Origin: a virus
IMG/VR virus record: IMGVR_UViG_3300000114_000007
Coordinates: 13-64,012 of that record
DNA length: 64,000 nucleotides
Reading direction: 5' to 3' (one strand)
Of this stretch, positions 1 to 11,400 are shown piece by piece. The notes beneath the pieces were generated by a model that ran no database searches, was not told the DNA's origin, and worked only from the letters and a program-made list of their open reading frames with translations. Made by a program: the position numbers and the translations under genes. The number at the start of each line of letters is the position of its first letter. Position 1 is the first letter of the stretch.

Positions 1-132
1 AATCGTTATGCTGTTGGGCAGATACGCGATCTCAAAATAATACGGAGGCTCCCCCTGATCCGACCGGTCATACAAAACCTTTCCCTCGTCGGCAGTCAGC
101 TCGTTCGGGTCGGTGTGTCTGTTCAGCGTCAA
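1..132 (-). CDS. Small tail-fibre-associated protein, truncated by the window edge
   Basis: TTG at 132 overlaps the stop of the upstream gene and follows an AGGGGTGG RBS; open to base 1 (MTLNRHTDPNELTADEGKVLYD...YYFEIAYLPNSITI). Confidence 0.6.
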   Translation of the reverse strand, partial: MTLNRHTDPNELTADEGKVLYDRSDQGEPPYYFEIAYLPNSITI

Positions 133-1208
133 TTCAATGTCCACCCCTTTCCTGTAGCAATCGCTCGCTCTGCCGGAGATAACTTATCAAGATTTATCGC
201 GCCCAGCGTAAGGGTTTGTCCGCTCACGCTTTGCAGGTTCTGAATGGTATAGAGCAGATCGGCGTGGGTAAAGAAGGGGCTAGCGGACAGGCTGAGCGAA
301 ACTTTTAACCCGTTGAGCTTGAAGGACTTCACCCAAGGACAGCGGTAGAACGCGTCCGAAACCGTTGTGGCGCTCGATAAGTCCAGCATATCCGGTACAC
401 TCACCAGGGAGTAGCAGGTGTTAAACAGATTCCCCACGGTGGTGGCGTTGGATGTGCTCAGCGTGTCGGGTACGCTCTTTAGCGCGTAGCAGTCCCGGAA
501 CATGTTCGACATATTGGTAAGGCCTGATGCGTTCAAAAGCCGGGGCGGAGAAGCAAGGCTCTGGCAGGCATTGAACATGCTCGCCGCATTGTTGACATTG
601 GACAGATCCAGAACAGGCGGACGGGTGAGGCTGTAGTCGCTCTGAAAGAAGCTCGTCAAACTGCCAAGTGTCGGGGCGAGGTTTTTCCCGTCCAAAAAAT
701 CAAAGGCGCGGAGGAGCGACTTGCTGCTGATCGACGCGACACTGTTCAGCATCAGATCCAGAACCGCCCACAGGACATTGGCCTGTAAATTGACCGCGCT
801 CGCGGCGTTCGTGTAGGCGATCACCCAGCGGGTATTGTATCCCTGATCGCTGGGGATATCCTTCAACGGATCCCATGTATGCGACGCTGTGGCCGTCTGG
901 TAAAACGCGCCGTCAGAGGTGCGGTAGGCCAGCCCGCCGGACAGGGAAATGGTGTCATTGTGGTCGGTGATCAGCTGGATATACTTTCCGCCGTAGCCCG
1001 GCGTATTGTCGTTTTGCAGGATGGCCTTGATGTCCGGCCAGTCTGTGGGAAGGTCGCTGCCGCTCCCTGCTGGGATCTCCAGAATACTGTCAGCCAGCTC
1101 CAGCAGCGTGTCCGTCTCTGATGCCGGGCCTCCCATCGTGCCGATATTCTCCGCGATCACGTCTCTGGCGTTCACGAGAGATTCTAAGGCGTGTTCCATT
1201 GTTGCCAT
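129..1208 (-). CDS. Putative receptor-binding/tail tip protein with BspA/DUF285-like leucine-rich repeats
   Basis: Repeats of the form LDLSNVNNAASMFNACQSL / TNMSNMFRDCYAL; ends AIATGKGWTL; ATG at 1208 after GGAGA; follows the collagen fibre gene. Confidence 0.7.
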   Translation of the reverse strand: MATMEHALESLVNARDVIAENIGTMGGPASETDTLLELADSILEIPAGSGSDLPTDWPDIKAILQNDNTPGYGGKYIQLITDHNDTISLSGGLAYRTSDGAFYQTATASHTWDPLKDIPSDQGYNTRWVIAYTNAASAVNLQANVLWAVLDLMLNSVASISSKSLLRAFDFLDGKNLAPTLGSLTSFFQSDYSLTRPPVLDLSNVNNAASMFNACQSLASPPRLLNASGLTNMSNMFRDCYALKSVPDTLSTSNATTVGNLFNTCYSLVSVPDMLDLSSATTVSDAFYRCPWVKSFKLNGLKVSLSLSASPFFTHADLLYTIQNLQSVSGQTLTLGAINLDKLSPAERAIATGKGWTLN

Positions 1209-1209
1209 A

Positions 1210-2769
1210 TCATTCTCCTCCCACAATCAGCATAATCGCGTCAGCGATGCCTCCGACCGCGCCAAGATCAAGGTAGAACTGCGCCTGTGTCCCGGAATAT
1301 CCTCCGGAGACAGCGGAGTCGAACGCGCTTTGGCCGTTTTGGCCGGGGGTTCCCGTCGCGCCTTGTGGCCCCTGCGGGCCTGTACTTCCGGTTGGGCCTT
1401 GTGAGCCGGTTGATCCGGGTAGTCCTTGGATTCCTTGCGGGCCAGTTTCTCCCTTTTCGCCAGCTGGGCCAGGTGAACCATCTTCTCCGGGAGCGCCGTC
1501 GAATTCTCCGGAGTCTGCCCGATCCTGGATCTCTCTTGCGGTGGCATTGGCGTTTTCTGCCGCCGTGTTTGCGTTTTCGGTTGCCAGTTCGATCTCTCCC
1601 AGCAATTCGCCGCTTACAGATATCTCCGGATTTTTTGTATCGGTAGCATCAATATTTATACCATTTCCGGCAATAATAGTTTGTATGTTTTCGTTGGAAA
1701 ATTCCTGTACAGTCTGTACTAGGGAGTTAAAATCTGTAATTGTTGGTGCTCCTATTTGAGCTACAGTTATATCCTCTGTCCCACTGAAAGTAGCTTGTCC
1801 TATCATCCTAGGGGTAGCAAGTTTTGTAGCAGAGATCGCCGTATCCGTAGTAGAAAGTGCTCCAACATCTTGTGCCGTGGGCATTTGTGCCAGCTTTCCT
1901 TCGGAAGTTAATGTAGCAACTCCATTGTTTACACCCTTTTGAGCCAATGGAATGGTTTCAGATTTTAGAGCAATAAATGGCTTATCTGCTATATAAACAG
2001 GATCGGTTTCAGTGATTGTGGAAAACCCTTCGACTTTTTCTTCTAATGTATTCACATCGGTTTTAAGCGCTTTGATCTCTGTAGCGATAGGGGTTAGATC
2101 ATTCTTCAAGGCTAAATTGGGTTTGTCAGCAAGGTATATAGGATCGTTTTCCGTAAGACTTTCCGCAAATGTAATAAGGTCTTCCCTGAAAACAATTTCT
2201 GGTTTATCAGCAGTATAGATCGGATCTAATTCTTCCGTTGAACTACCGCCTGTTGGAACGGTTGCAACGATATTTCCACCGAGGTTAAAGAACTGATACT
2301 TATCATTAATAACCTCTACGTTCGTAAAAGCTGCATTGGAAAGTTCACGTATTGCTTCCATAGGTAATGTGCCCGGAATTTTGGATTCCCGAAGAAAAAA
2401 ATCAATAGTGTTAGAAGAGGATTTAATAGTATCACCATCTCTTAACACGACTTGTAAAAACAATCGACTTTTTTGCGTTAAATCGTCAGTGATTAAATAT
2501 TCATTTTCTTGACCAATTGACTGTTCTGGAAACGTGCCTTTTGAATTACCAAAGACAAGACATAAATTATCTCCTTCAAACTCAGGATCACGTTCAAACA
2601 CAAGACGTTGGCGCTCATGATCGCCAACGGTGCCAAGAATTATAGCGGTTGAACTTGAATGGGGAAACATGTAATATGATTCCCCAATAGTGCTAATACT
2701 TAGAAGATTTTTTTCTAAACCAATTTTTTCAATTTTTATTGTAAATGTTAATATGGGAGATTCTGGCAT
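1210..2769 (-). CDS. Tail fibre protein with collagen-like GXY repeats
   Basis: GAPGEDGSPGPAGEKGETGPQGIQG run; three E.DP[IV]Y.ADKP repeats; KLATPR.IG fibre motif. Confidence 0.8.
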   Translation of the reverse strand: MPESPILTFTIKIEKIGLEKNLLSISTIGESYYMFPHSSSTAIILGTVGDHERQRLVFERDPEFEGDNLCLVFGNSKGTFPEQSIGQENEYLITDDLTQKSRLFLQVVLRDGDTIKSSSNTIDFFLRESKIPGTLPMEAIRELSNAAFTNVEVINDKYQFFNLGGNIVATVPTGGSSTEELDPIYTADKPEIVFREDLITFAESLTENDPIYLADKPNLALKNDLTPIATEIKALKTDVNTLEEKVEGFSTITETDPVYIADKPFIALKSETIPLAQKGVNNGVATLTSEGKLAQMPTAQDVGALSTTDTAISATKLATPRMIGQATFSGTEDITVAQIGAPTITDFNSLVQTVQEFSNENIQTIIAGNGINIDATDTKNPEISVSGELLGEIELATENANTAAENANATAREIQDRADSGEFDGAPGEDGSPGPAGEKGETGPQGIQGLPGSTGSQGPTGSTGPQGPQGATGTPGQNGQSAFDSAVSGGYSGTQAQFYLDLGAVGGIADAIMLIVGGE

Positions 2770-2810
2770 TTAATAACCCCCTTTTCTAAATATTTTATTT
2801 ATATATGTGT

Positions 2811-4403
2811 TTATGTATAATCCTTATCCAAACAAGGCATCCACGCATTATTTGCTCCGACATACGCCTCCGCCTTAACCCATTCATTATCTACACCAAT
2901 ATATACAATGGCAGGAACATATTCTCCTTCAACCTTTGGATTTAAGATTGTTGGATTTCGTTTATAGGCATAATAAGGACCCGTCCAATTGGAATATACC
3001 CCCATGCTATCTTTGGAACGAACCCTGAAATGTAATGCTTCAGGAGAGCTAGATCCAAAATCGTTATTTTGACCACGAGGCTTTGAAGTAATGTTTAAAT
3101 TGTAAGTAGTTCCAGACACAGAAATTGGACTGCCATCATCTATCCATTCAAGCAAATCATTTTTCACTCTTGGTTGAACTTCATAGGTTATAGTTCCTCC
3201 ATCAGGATCGGTTGCGGCACTCCATGTAAAAACGGCTATGTCTTCTGGAATATAAAGTTTAGTGCTTCCAGATACGCCTGTACTTTCCATACTTGGGCTG
3301 TTGTATTTAACATTTGTAGGAGGATTGGGAGTCCTCTTTTTTCGAACCGAATTAGAAGAAACCTTCCAACCCGAATAATAACTTGAGCCATTTGCAGATA
3401 TAGTTCTTACCTGAAAGCGACGATAGCTCCCTCTTGCATCAGGCGGAGAAACAGAGTGACTTCCGCTTGTTGCTGTAGAACTTACAGTAGTCAGTGTTGT
3501 CCAACTACCCCAAGTGGAATTGTTTGTGGAGTCGCTATATTGTATTTGATAAGAAGCAATTGTATGTGGTCCCGTTCCATTTGTTGCCCCGCTCCAAGAT
3601 AGACTTACATTTTCCTCAGACAGAGTAATGTCTAAGGAGCATGTGGTTGGTGCCCCCGGAAGAGTAGCTTTACGCACTGAATTTGTAGATTCTTTCCAAC
3701 CTGAATAATAACTTGAACCGGCAGTACCGCGAGTCCGTATTCTAAACTTTCGATAATATCCACGTGTAGACGGCGGTGCCACTGAACGTGTGCCGCTAGT
3801 TGAAGTAGAAGTGGGTATGGCTAGTGCCGTCCATGTTCCCCATGAACTATTGTTGCTGGATTCACAATATTGAATTTCATAAGAAGAAATTGTATTTCCA
3901 GTTCCACCTCCAGCAGCCCCACTCCATGACAATGTAACATTATCTTCTGAGACGGTTGTGTTTACAGAGCAAGTTGTTGGTGCTACACAATTTGAATATA
4001 ACAACGGAGAACTTAAAACCGTATTGGCAGAATTGTCTATTCTCCCTGAATTTCCCGTAACAGAACCATCTCGAACTACTTTAAACCCAACTGTCTGGGT
4101 GGCATTGCCGGTTGTTGAAGTGCAAGTGACAGACACGGTTTTTGCTCCAGTAGGATTAGTGCCGCTCCAGCTCTCACCGTCGCTTTTTAATCGAACATTT
4201 GAAGATGTTCCATTTATTGTTACGGTTCCTAACAATCCTATTCCGGTTCCCAAAGAAGATGCTGATGAACCTAGCCGAGGTGTTATTTGAAACGTATATG
4301 TCATTGTGGAATTGCTGGGCCTATTTTTTGTATATGTTATACCATAACTTACAACTGGGCCAGTATATGAGCTTGTTAGCGTCATTCCATTAATGTCAGC
4401 CAT
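2811..4403 (-). CDS. Ser/Thr-rich virion protein with fibronectin type III-like repeats
   Basis: Tandemly duplicated ~107-aa unit (APTTCS...LSWSGA...SYxIQY...SSYYSGWK.S.NSVRK) plus a third WSAATDPDG unit; tail context. Confidence 0.7.
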   Translation of the reverse strand: MADINGMTLTSSYTGPVVSYGITYTKNRPSNSTMTYTFQITPRLGSSASSLGTGIGLLGTVTINGTSSNVRLKSDGESWSGTNPTGAKTVSVTCTSTTGNATQTVGFKVVRDGSVTGNSGRIDNSANTVLSSPLLYSNCVAPTTCSVNTTVSEDNVTLSWSGAAGGGTGNTISSYEIQYCESSNNSSWGTWTALAIPTSTSTSGTRSVAPPSTRGYYRKFRIRTRGTAGSSYYSGWKESTNSVRKATLPGAPTTCSLDITLSEENVSLSWSGATNGTGPHTIASYQIQYSDSTNNSTWGSWTTLTTVSSTATSGSHSVSPPDARGSYRRFQVRTISANGSSYYSGWKVSSNSVRKKRTPNPPTNVKYNSPSMESTGVSGSTKLYIPEDIAVFTWSAATDPDGGTITYEVQPRVKNDLLEWIDDGSPISVSGTTYNLNITSKPRGQNNDFGSSSPEALHFRVRSKDSMGVYSNWTGPYYAYKRNPTILNPKVEGEYVPAIVYIGVDNEWVKAEAYVGANNAWMPCLDKDYT

Positions 4404-4417
4404 ATATTACCACCACC

Positions 4418-4693
4418 TTAATATTTAATCCAAATAGCACCATTTACAACGGTTGGTGTGGTTTTAGATATGATTATTTTAGTATTTAGCGCATTTATTA
4501 CCTTCTCTTGTACAAAACTTGTCGTAGCTATCCTGTCACTGTCGTCATTTTGATCTGGAGTTGGTGCTTCCGGAGTCCCAGTAAAGCTAGGACTATCTGT
4601 ATTCCCATGGAGAGCACTATCATTGAAGTGCCCGTTGATTTTTTGTGTAACCGAATTAGAACTATCTCCGCCAGCAATATCGTATTGAGACAT
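4418..4693 (-). CDS. Small tail protein with fibre-type repeat
   Basis: SPSFTGTPEAPTP...RIATTSFV motif typical of tail fibres; GGAGG RBS. Confidence 0.65.
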   Translation of the reverse strand: MSQYDIAGGDSSNSVTQKINGHFNDSALHGNTDSPSFTGTPEAPTPDQNDDSDRIATTSFVQEKVINALNTKIIISKTTPTVVNGAIWIKY

Positions 4694-4707
4694 TTGGCCC
4701 TCCTTTA

Positions 4708-4980
4708 TTAATTGTATTTTTGAGAGATTACCCCCGTATTTAAATCTTTACCTATAGTCAAAATATAAACACTATCAGAAATAGATAGTGTTTCATGACT
4801 TTTATTTAAAAAAGTGAATTCCGTTTCCGGAAATCCGGCTAAATGTACTTTACACTCAGATCCATGTATTCCACCCAAAGTAACTATTGCAGAATAAACA
4901 TACAGAAATTTCTCTTGATTGATTATCTTTTTTATCCTGTTGTCAATTAAATTCAATAAATTTTGACTTTCTGTGTCCAA
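4708..4980 (-). CDS. Hypothetical tail/baseplate protein
   Basis: AGGTGGTGA RBS, TTG start, in tail operon. Confidence 0.6.
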   Translation of the reverse strand: MDTESQNLLNLIDNRIKKIINQEKFLYVYSAIVTLGGIHGSECKVHLAGFPETEFTFLNKSHETLSISDSVYILTIGKDLNTGVISQKYN

Positions 4981-4991
4981 AAAATCACCAC

Positions 4992-6188
4992 CTAAAACTC
5001 AAAGTATGGGATGTTAGCTGTGTTGCTTGCAGATACGCCAATTAATGACTTAGAAGTAAATGGCATTGTTAGTGACTGAATTATAAAGCGCTGATTAATA
5101 TAATCAAGATATTTATCACTTATATTTACGATACAATTGACATCCAAGTGAGGAATAAATGAAGACTGAAAGTCAAGGGGGGATTGCACTATGGCATATT
5201 TCCTCAACAAATAATTTGCAAAATCCCTTGTTCTATCAAGATTATAACAGAATGAACTTTCAATATATTTTACCTTTTGCCCTATCAACTGAACTCTAGT
5301 TGGGGATCTAAAATCATCATTAACTGCCGTATATTCATAAATTTGATCGTTTGGATTATTGCCAACAACTTTAACTGTATTATAGACACTGGGAAAATCA
5401 AGATTAAGTGTTGGAGAATAATACTCGCTAAACACATCGGAATAATCCCAAATAGACGAATAATGATCCATCCCAACATTTTCATTTCCTTTTGTAAAAT
5501 TCAGCACCCCATTGGTATCATAAAACACATCACAAGCAAACATATTCCCCAATTCAATTAGTATTTCAGATATATATGAGTTAGGGGCCTTCTTAATCTC
5601 ATATGGAATTCGCTGTTCTCCAATATCGAAATCAATTAAAGGTTTTTTTATATCAGTTTTGTATCCGTTTCCCATATCCAAAAGCAAGATATCTTCTATA
5701 ATATTCTTAACCTTTGTATTGTAAGGTACGAGGTATGTGCCCTCAGTTTCATTGAAGTTCGTCTCAGAACCAAACAGCCCGAATTTGTCAACGCCATTTA
5801 GCGTAATTGTTTTCTTACTCATATCCCTCAAAACACTTGGGTTTGTCAGAACAAAAATACCCTGAGAAAACCAATAAATGTCGCCCGTTTTTTTTATCTT
5901 TAATCCAAGATAAAGCTTAAACTTAGTATTAATCCATATTTTGCCATTTTGATTAGGATTGAACTTCTTATCGGTATTAATCAAAGTGACAGAACAGCTT
6001 CTTCGAACCCCCTGCTGATAATTTATTGATATGCTTCCATTATCTTCTGCGGATATATCCTGCGTGATCTCATCTAAAACATTTTCATAGTGGTCCATTA
6101 TTTCAATTTTAAACTTCGGATAGATAACATTAAATTTTAATGCGTTCATGTATTCTTCGTTGATTATATTATAAAACTCCATTATCAA
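4992..6188 (-). CDS. Baseplate hub/minor tail protein
   Basis: 398 aa; position after distal tail genes; GVRRSCSVTL, FYDTNGVL and IPHLDVN motifs seen in Firmicutes phage tail hubs. Confidence 0.65.
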   Translation of the reverse strand: MIMEFYNIINEEYMNALKFNVIYPKFKIEIMDHYENVLDEITQDISAEDNGSISINYQQGVRRSCSVTLINTDKKFNPNQNGKIWINTKFKLYLGLKIKKTGDIYWFSQGIFVLTNPSVLRDMSKKTITLNGVDKFGLFGSETNFNETEGTYLVPYNTKVKNIIEDILLLDMGNGYKTDIKKPLIDFDIGEQRIPYEIKKAPNSYISEILIELGNMFACDVFYDTNGVLNFTKGNENVGMDHYSSIWDYSDVFSEYYSPTLNLDFPSVYNTVKVVGNNPNDQIYEYTAVNDDFRSPTRVQLIGQKVKYIESSFCYNLDRTRDFANYLLRKYAIVQSPLDFQSSFIPHLDVNCIVNISDKYLDYINQRFIIQSLTMPFTSKSLIGVSASNTANIPYFEF

Positions 6189-7069
6189 TCTCCTATCTTA
6201 TAGATTGATAAATTATCAGTATCCATTACTTCTGTATAATTAAAACTAATATTTGTAGGAATCCCGAATACTTTGTCCATGTATGAGTGCGTTTCATTTT
6301 CAAGAGTAACAATCATGGCATCGCCCTTTAAATTTTTGAACAAGCAAATTGGATTGCTTGAAACAAAATCATTCCATTTTTGCACAAGTTCATAAGGTTC
6401 ATCATACTTACCGTTATACGAAACGCCGCCAAGCAAACATTTAAAAGACCCCTCACGATAATTCAAATCACCAACAGATACTTTTGGTTTGCTTGCGAAC
6501 GTAGGAAATTTGGTTTTATCTTGCACGTGCACAATTTCAGACTCTTCACAATTTAAGGAAAAGGACCATATTCTATCGTCATCCGCTATGAGGTTCGTAG
6601 AATCAACTTGTATCAATGGCGTTAAGGTATATATATCCCAATCGGTCGTATATTTGTTTTCCAACGACACTCCTATTGCATCGGATGTCACCGGAAATAC
6701 GGTATATATATATTCATTATTATTTGAAACATTGTAATCAGTTATAGAATAGTATGGATCATCTGTATCTACAGACTCTTGCAACTCGGCGATTGGAATG
6801 AATACAACTTTTGTATAAAAACTGTCTCCCTGTTTTCTTTTTCTAACATCAAAACCAACCAGTTCACCGGTCAATCCTTCAATAAAAGAAGAGGTGATAC
6901 TGGTTTTAAAATCACAAAGAATATCTACATTTTTAAAATCAGTCCATTTTAAGTCAATTGTCGCTGTTTTTGCCTTTAGTGTATTTATCTCATTTTGTGA
7001 GAAAGGGACGGGATTATATAAAAGATAATCAACAGACTGATTTTCATATAAAATAAGACTATTGTCCAT
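6185..7069 (-). CDS. Distal tail/baseplate protein
   Basis: 294-aa ORF coupled to neighbours; DYNVSNNNEYIY.V.P FN3-like segment. Confidence 0.55.
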   Translation of the reverse strand: MDNSLILYENQSVDYLLYNPVPFSQNEINTLKAKTATIDLKWTDFKNVDILCDFKTSITSSFIEGLTGELVGFDVRKRKQGDSFYTKVVFIPIAELQESVDTDDPYYSITDYNVSNNNEYIYTVFPVTSDAIGVSLENKYTTDWDIYTLTPLIQVDSTNLIADDDRIWSFSLNCEESEIVHVQDKTKFPTFASKPKVSVGDLNYREGSFKCLLGGVSYNGKYDEPYELVQKWNDFVSSNPICLFKNLKGDAMIVTLENETHSYMDKVFGIPTNISFNYTEVMDTDNLSIYKIGD

Positions 7070-8292
7070 TAACTCACCACCTTCTTAACCTCAACTTGAA
7101 TTACTCCGTCAACTTTATTGATTATGATTATAAATTCGTGTTCGTAATATGGCGTAAGCATCCAATAAATTGAATTACTTGCGTTCCAAATATGAGTGTT
7201 GTCCGAATACCAAATATATTCAGTGTTTGGAACCGGCACACTAGAAGCATTCTGCAACAAGAATGCCTTGTTCTCTAATATGTCGATGATCTTCTGTTTT
7301 TGTTCGCTTCCATTTTTAAAAAATATCTCTCCATTTTCAATAAAAACCGATAAAACCACATTGTTATAAATAAAGTCGAGTATTTTTTTTGTGTCGGAGT
7401 TTACTTTGGTTTTTATTGCAAAACCAAAATTATCAGAATCAACTAAAATTGGATACGTTGATATTTTATCCCATTTAATAGTTCCACCTGTTATATTCAC
7501 ATAAGTATCGTTTTCAAAACTGTATTCCCCATCGGAATCACCGTTTGAAATTTTATTTTTAATCCAAGACACTTTTGTGGCCGCTTTATTTTCAACTGGG
7601 GCTATTACCGGAGGATAAATAAAGTTTATACTATTATCATAATTTACATAGAACTCGCTTGTTGCACCCACAACTTGATTCTCCTGTGTTTCAACAACCA
7701 ATTCTATTGTATAATTAGAGTCTGTGAACAGGCCATCGAATTCATATGTAATATTAGAAGAAAATATTTTCTCTGTTCTGTCAACGACGCCCCCATTAAC
7801 ATCTTTCAAAGTGACAGAGAAATATTTAACGGAGACATTCTGTTCTTGGAAATATTCAGTTGTTAACAACACTTTTCTGCTGTCAACAATATTTTCAGGC
7901 CCTGCCGATATACCGTTTATATAAATATCAATTTCAGGAGTTCTCAATGATTTAAAATAATAGTCCAATGATTTAAACTCAGTGGTTGAATTTAATGTTG
8001 AATTATTTTCTGACATTTCAACGCACCAAATATAATTTTTACCGTTCATGTAATTTGGCGTGCTTACAGTTGTCATTGGAATAGTTATTTCAATAAGATC
8101 GTTATTATATTTGTAACCCGGATGCAAATGATAATCTTGACTTGTATAAACAATGTCATCGGTGTCCAAGTCTCTTATTTTTACCCGATACATACCGAGC
8201 TTATCGCCACTAAAATTGAATCGGAAGGTATTATTTACAGTAACATCAATGGGGTTATTATATGGATATATATTGGTAGGATTTCTTATCAA
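7069..8292 (-). CDS. Tail/baseplate protein downstream of tape measure
   Basis: Long beta-rich ORF; start moved to TTG 8292 after AGGATGGTGA RBS. Confidence 0.6.
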   Translation of the reverse strand: MIRNPTNIYPYNNPIDVTVNNTFRFNFSGDKLGMYRVKIRDLDTDDIVYTSQDYHLHPGYKYNNDLIEITIPMTTVSTPNYMNGKNYIWCVEMSENNSTLNSTTEFKSLDYYFKSLRTPEIDIYINGISAGPENIVDSRKVLLTTEYFQEQNVSVKYFSVTLKDVNGGVVDRTEKIFSSNITYEFDGLFTDSNYTIELVVETQENQVVGATSEFYVNYDNSINFIYPPVIAPVENKAATKVSWIKNKISNGDSDGEYSFENDTYVNITGGTIKWDKISTYPILVDSDNFGFAIKTKVNSDTKKILDFIYNNVVLSVFIENGEIFFKNGSEQKQKIIDILENKAFLLQNASSVPVPNTEYIWYSDNTHIWNASNSIYWMLTPYYEHEFIIIINKVDGVIQVEVKKVVS

Positions 8293-8448
8293 ATTGTAAT
8301 CACCATCCTTTCTGATTAATTTTGACAAAGAAAAATAGCTTGCTTGCCTTAAACGCAAGCTGCGTGGAATTTTGTATAGTTTCGATTCCCTTGACAATGC
8401 TATTTCGTCTTGCTTTTCAAGTTAGGTGACTATACATTTGTCAATAGG

Positions 8449-8491
8449 GAAGAGGAGACTCCGTTATTCCAGAAATCTCCTCTTTTTGTTT
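8449..8491 (-). terminator. Hairpin after tape measure gene
   Basis: AAGAGGAGA...TCTCCTCTT inverted repeat immediately after the stop. Confidence 0.55.
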
Positions 8492-8492
8492 T

Positions 8493-11400
8493 CTACCTAT
8501 TCTGAGCCAACAGCTTCATTTCTTCAACGAAATCTTTTCCGCTCTTCACACTGGGCAAAGATATATTTCCGTGAATATGAACGTGAACTTCAGATTTATC
8601 ATTTGATACATTATTTACGCTTTGGACAGAACGGGTGGTTAGATTATTTAACAAATTAGCAAACGGATTTTTGGCAGAAGCAAATTCCATTAACCTCTTG
8701 GTTAAACCACCCGGAACAACCCCATCACCCTTTTCAAGATAGGTGAATCTTCCACTATCCGGTTTTCTTACAATTAACTCCTCGCCGAGTTCATCGACAT
8801 TATAAAGCCCGGAAGCCGGAACGTAATTTGTACCAATGGCAAGTTTTGGGACAACCAGCTTTTTACCGGCAGAAATCTTATTCTTGTCAGTAATATATGG
8901 ATTTAATTTTAAAAGATTATCTACAGTCGTTTTATACTTCTTGGCAAGAGCAGTTAGAGTGTCCCCGGACTTTATTGTTATTGTCTGAGTTGTAGGAGCA
9001 GTTGGAGCTTTTTCTTTCGGAGTTTCCTTTACTGGTGTATTTGTTTCACCTAATAGTTTATTTTTTAGTGAATCGCCTATCGCTTTTAAATCATAGGGGT
9101 CGAGCTTTTTTTCTGTTATCTTTTTATCAGCAAGATCTTCTTTTTTCTCTGCTTCTGCGATTTCCTTGAGTATGTTAATATAGTCATTCTTGAATTTGTT
9201 GATCTTAGTGGTTCTCTGATTTAAAATATCCGCTTCTATATCTTTGCCAAGAATTTGTTCGGCGATTAGCTTCTCTTGTGCAAGTTCATACTCGTCGGCG
9301 AGACCGCCCCATGAGTCTTTATAGTCATTCCAAGAATCTATTTGGTCGTCAATCTTACGGATTATCTCTTGATTATTAAAATCGTCTAGGGCTTTCTGGG
9401 CCTCCTCCACAGCAGCCCTGTCCTCTTCCCATGTCCAACCCGTATCTTCGTAATATACGCGCATGGTTCTCTGACGTGCGTTTGCCATATTATCTTGAAG
9501 TTTTTGAAGTTCAATAGCCCTGTCTGTTTCATCATTTTTCTTTTGGAGGGCTTTCTTTTCATCTTCTAAGGCTTTAATTTGGGCGTCAACAGTTTTGTTT
9601 ATATAAGACAGAGCCATTTCATAATCTGATTTTTTTTGCTCATAAATTACTTTATTAGCGGCTTTTATCTTATTTACATAGTCCCAATATTGCTTTTCAA
9701 GGTCTTTTAGATATTCATGATCTTCACTGAGACCCATGTCACGGTATTTCTTCATTTGTGCAAGGATCTCTTTTTGAGCCTTTTCATACAGCTTAATCTG
9801 TTGCTTCTCCGTGCCCTCAAAATTCGAAAGAATATCTGAATCATGTTCAAAATCTGCAAGTTTATTATCAGAGATTTTTTTATTGAGCTCTATGACCTTT
9901 TTAGCATAGTCTTCGTATTCTTCTTTTAATTTTTGTATATACTCATGATCCTCTTTAAGGCCCATATCTCTATACTTTTTAAGAGTAACGAGGATTTGCT
10001 TCTGGGCTTTTTCATATTGAGCAATCTGCTTTTTCTCTGAGTTTTCCTCATAGGAAAGCATTTTTATTTTATGTTCAATATCAGAGATTTGTTTATCATA
10101 GATTTTTCTTTGGAGGTCCCATAATTCCTCCAAATTTTTCTTATGTTCTGAGCTGTATTTCTGATTAGTACCGAAATATTTTTTATCAAGTTCGGTTAAT
10201 TTCTTATAGTACTGCTCATCATTAATTTTATCCATTTCACGAAGATGCCGGAGTTCATCATATGCTTTTTTATATGCGTCGAGCCATGCATCGGTATCTT
10301 TTTTGGCACTAGATTTGGAGTTGGAGCTGGAGCTGGATTTTGAAGAACTACTTCCAGAACCAGAAGAACCGGAACCACTTCCTGATGTTCCGGGTATCTT
10401 AGCACCACCGTAAGCCATTGCAGTGCCCTGTGCGAGCGCCTGTCCTCTGTTGGCGGTATAACCAGCCAGTATTTTCTCAGTGTCCACATGATTAAATACA
10501 ATGTCGCCCTTTTTGAGATTGACAAATTCTGCGCCAGAATCACCAACAGTGTAATATCGTCCATCAGAAACAACGAGTTCTCGTCCAAGTTCCCCAACGA
10601 GAGTTTTCCCTCCGGGAGCTCCACTTGTTCCATCAGCGAAACCTGTTCCGTGTAGAGGGGGAACTGGTGCTTTACCGGACGATGTGGTCACTTGTGTTAC
10701 AGTGAGAGTTTTTGGTTTAAACTTAAAATTATCAATTGTTATTAATTTATTGAAAACACTTTGTAGATGCGGTACCGTAACCGACTGAGCCCCAAAATCC
10801 CCCATTTTTTTTGCGACCAACCCATCAGTTTTTGTACCGATACCATCCAATTCACCGGAAATCTCTTGTAGTTGTGTTTTTGTATCGCCTTCCACACTTG
10901 CATCAATTGAAACCTTCGCGTCTTTTAAACTAGACTCTTGATCTTGCAATTGAGTCAGTTTTGCACTAGCTTTGTCTAAAGCTGTTTGATCAGAAGTAGT
11001 GAAATCAACACCAATCTCTTTTTTCTCTGTTAATTTATCTATCTCTGCTTGCGTCTCTGCGATTCTTTTACCAACGATGTCAAGACCCTTTTCATTAATA
11101 AGAATCTCAAATTCTTGTTCACTCCATGGAATATCCCAATCATATTCTTCTAAGGCTCCAGAAAGTGCTTGTAAAAGTTCGGGCCCCAGTCCAAGTTTTT
11201 TAGCAACATCATCAAGAGAAACATCAGGCAGAATTTCTATAAAATCTCCGTTGTCAATTGCCATACCTTCTTTAACCAAATCATTATAGAAATTGGTTAG
11301 ACCTTGCTCTCCATCCTTTAAATAACGCTTCACAAGATCAAGTTGTTCTTTTACATTACCTTCCGGATCTGAGAATACAAGATCAACAGACGCTTCATAT

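Noticed and set aside
129..1208. Diversity-generating retroelement target or shufflon at the fibre tip
   Set aside because: No reverse transcriptase, template repeat or inverted crossover sites seen in this window.
1..1620. GC-rich end as a host/prophage boundary
   Set aside because: The shift falls inside a tail fibre ORF and the genes remain phage tail genes.
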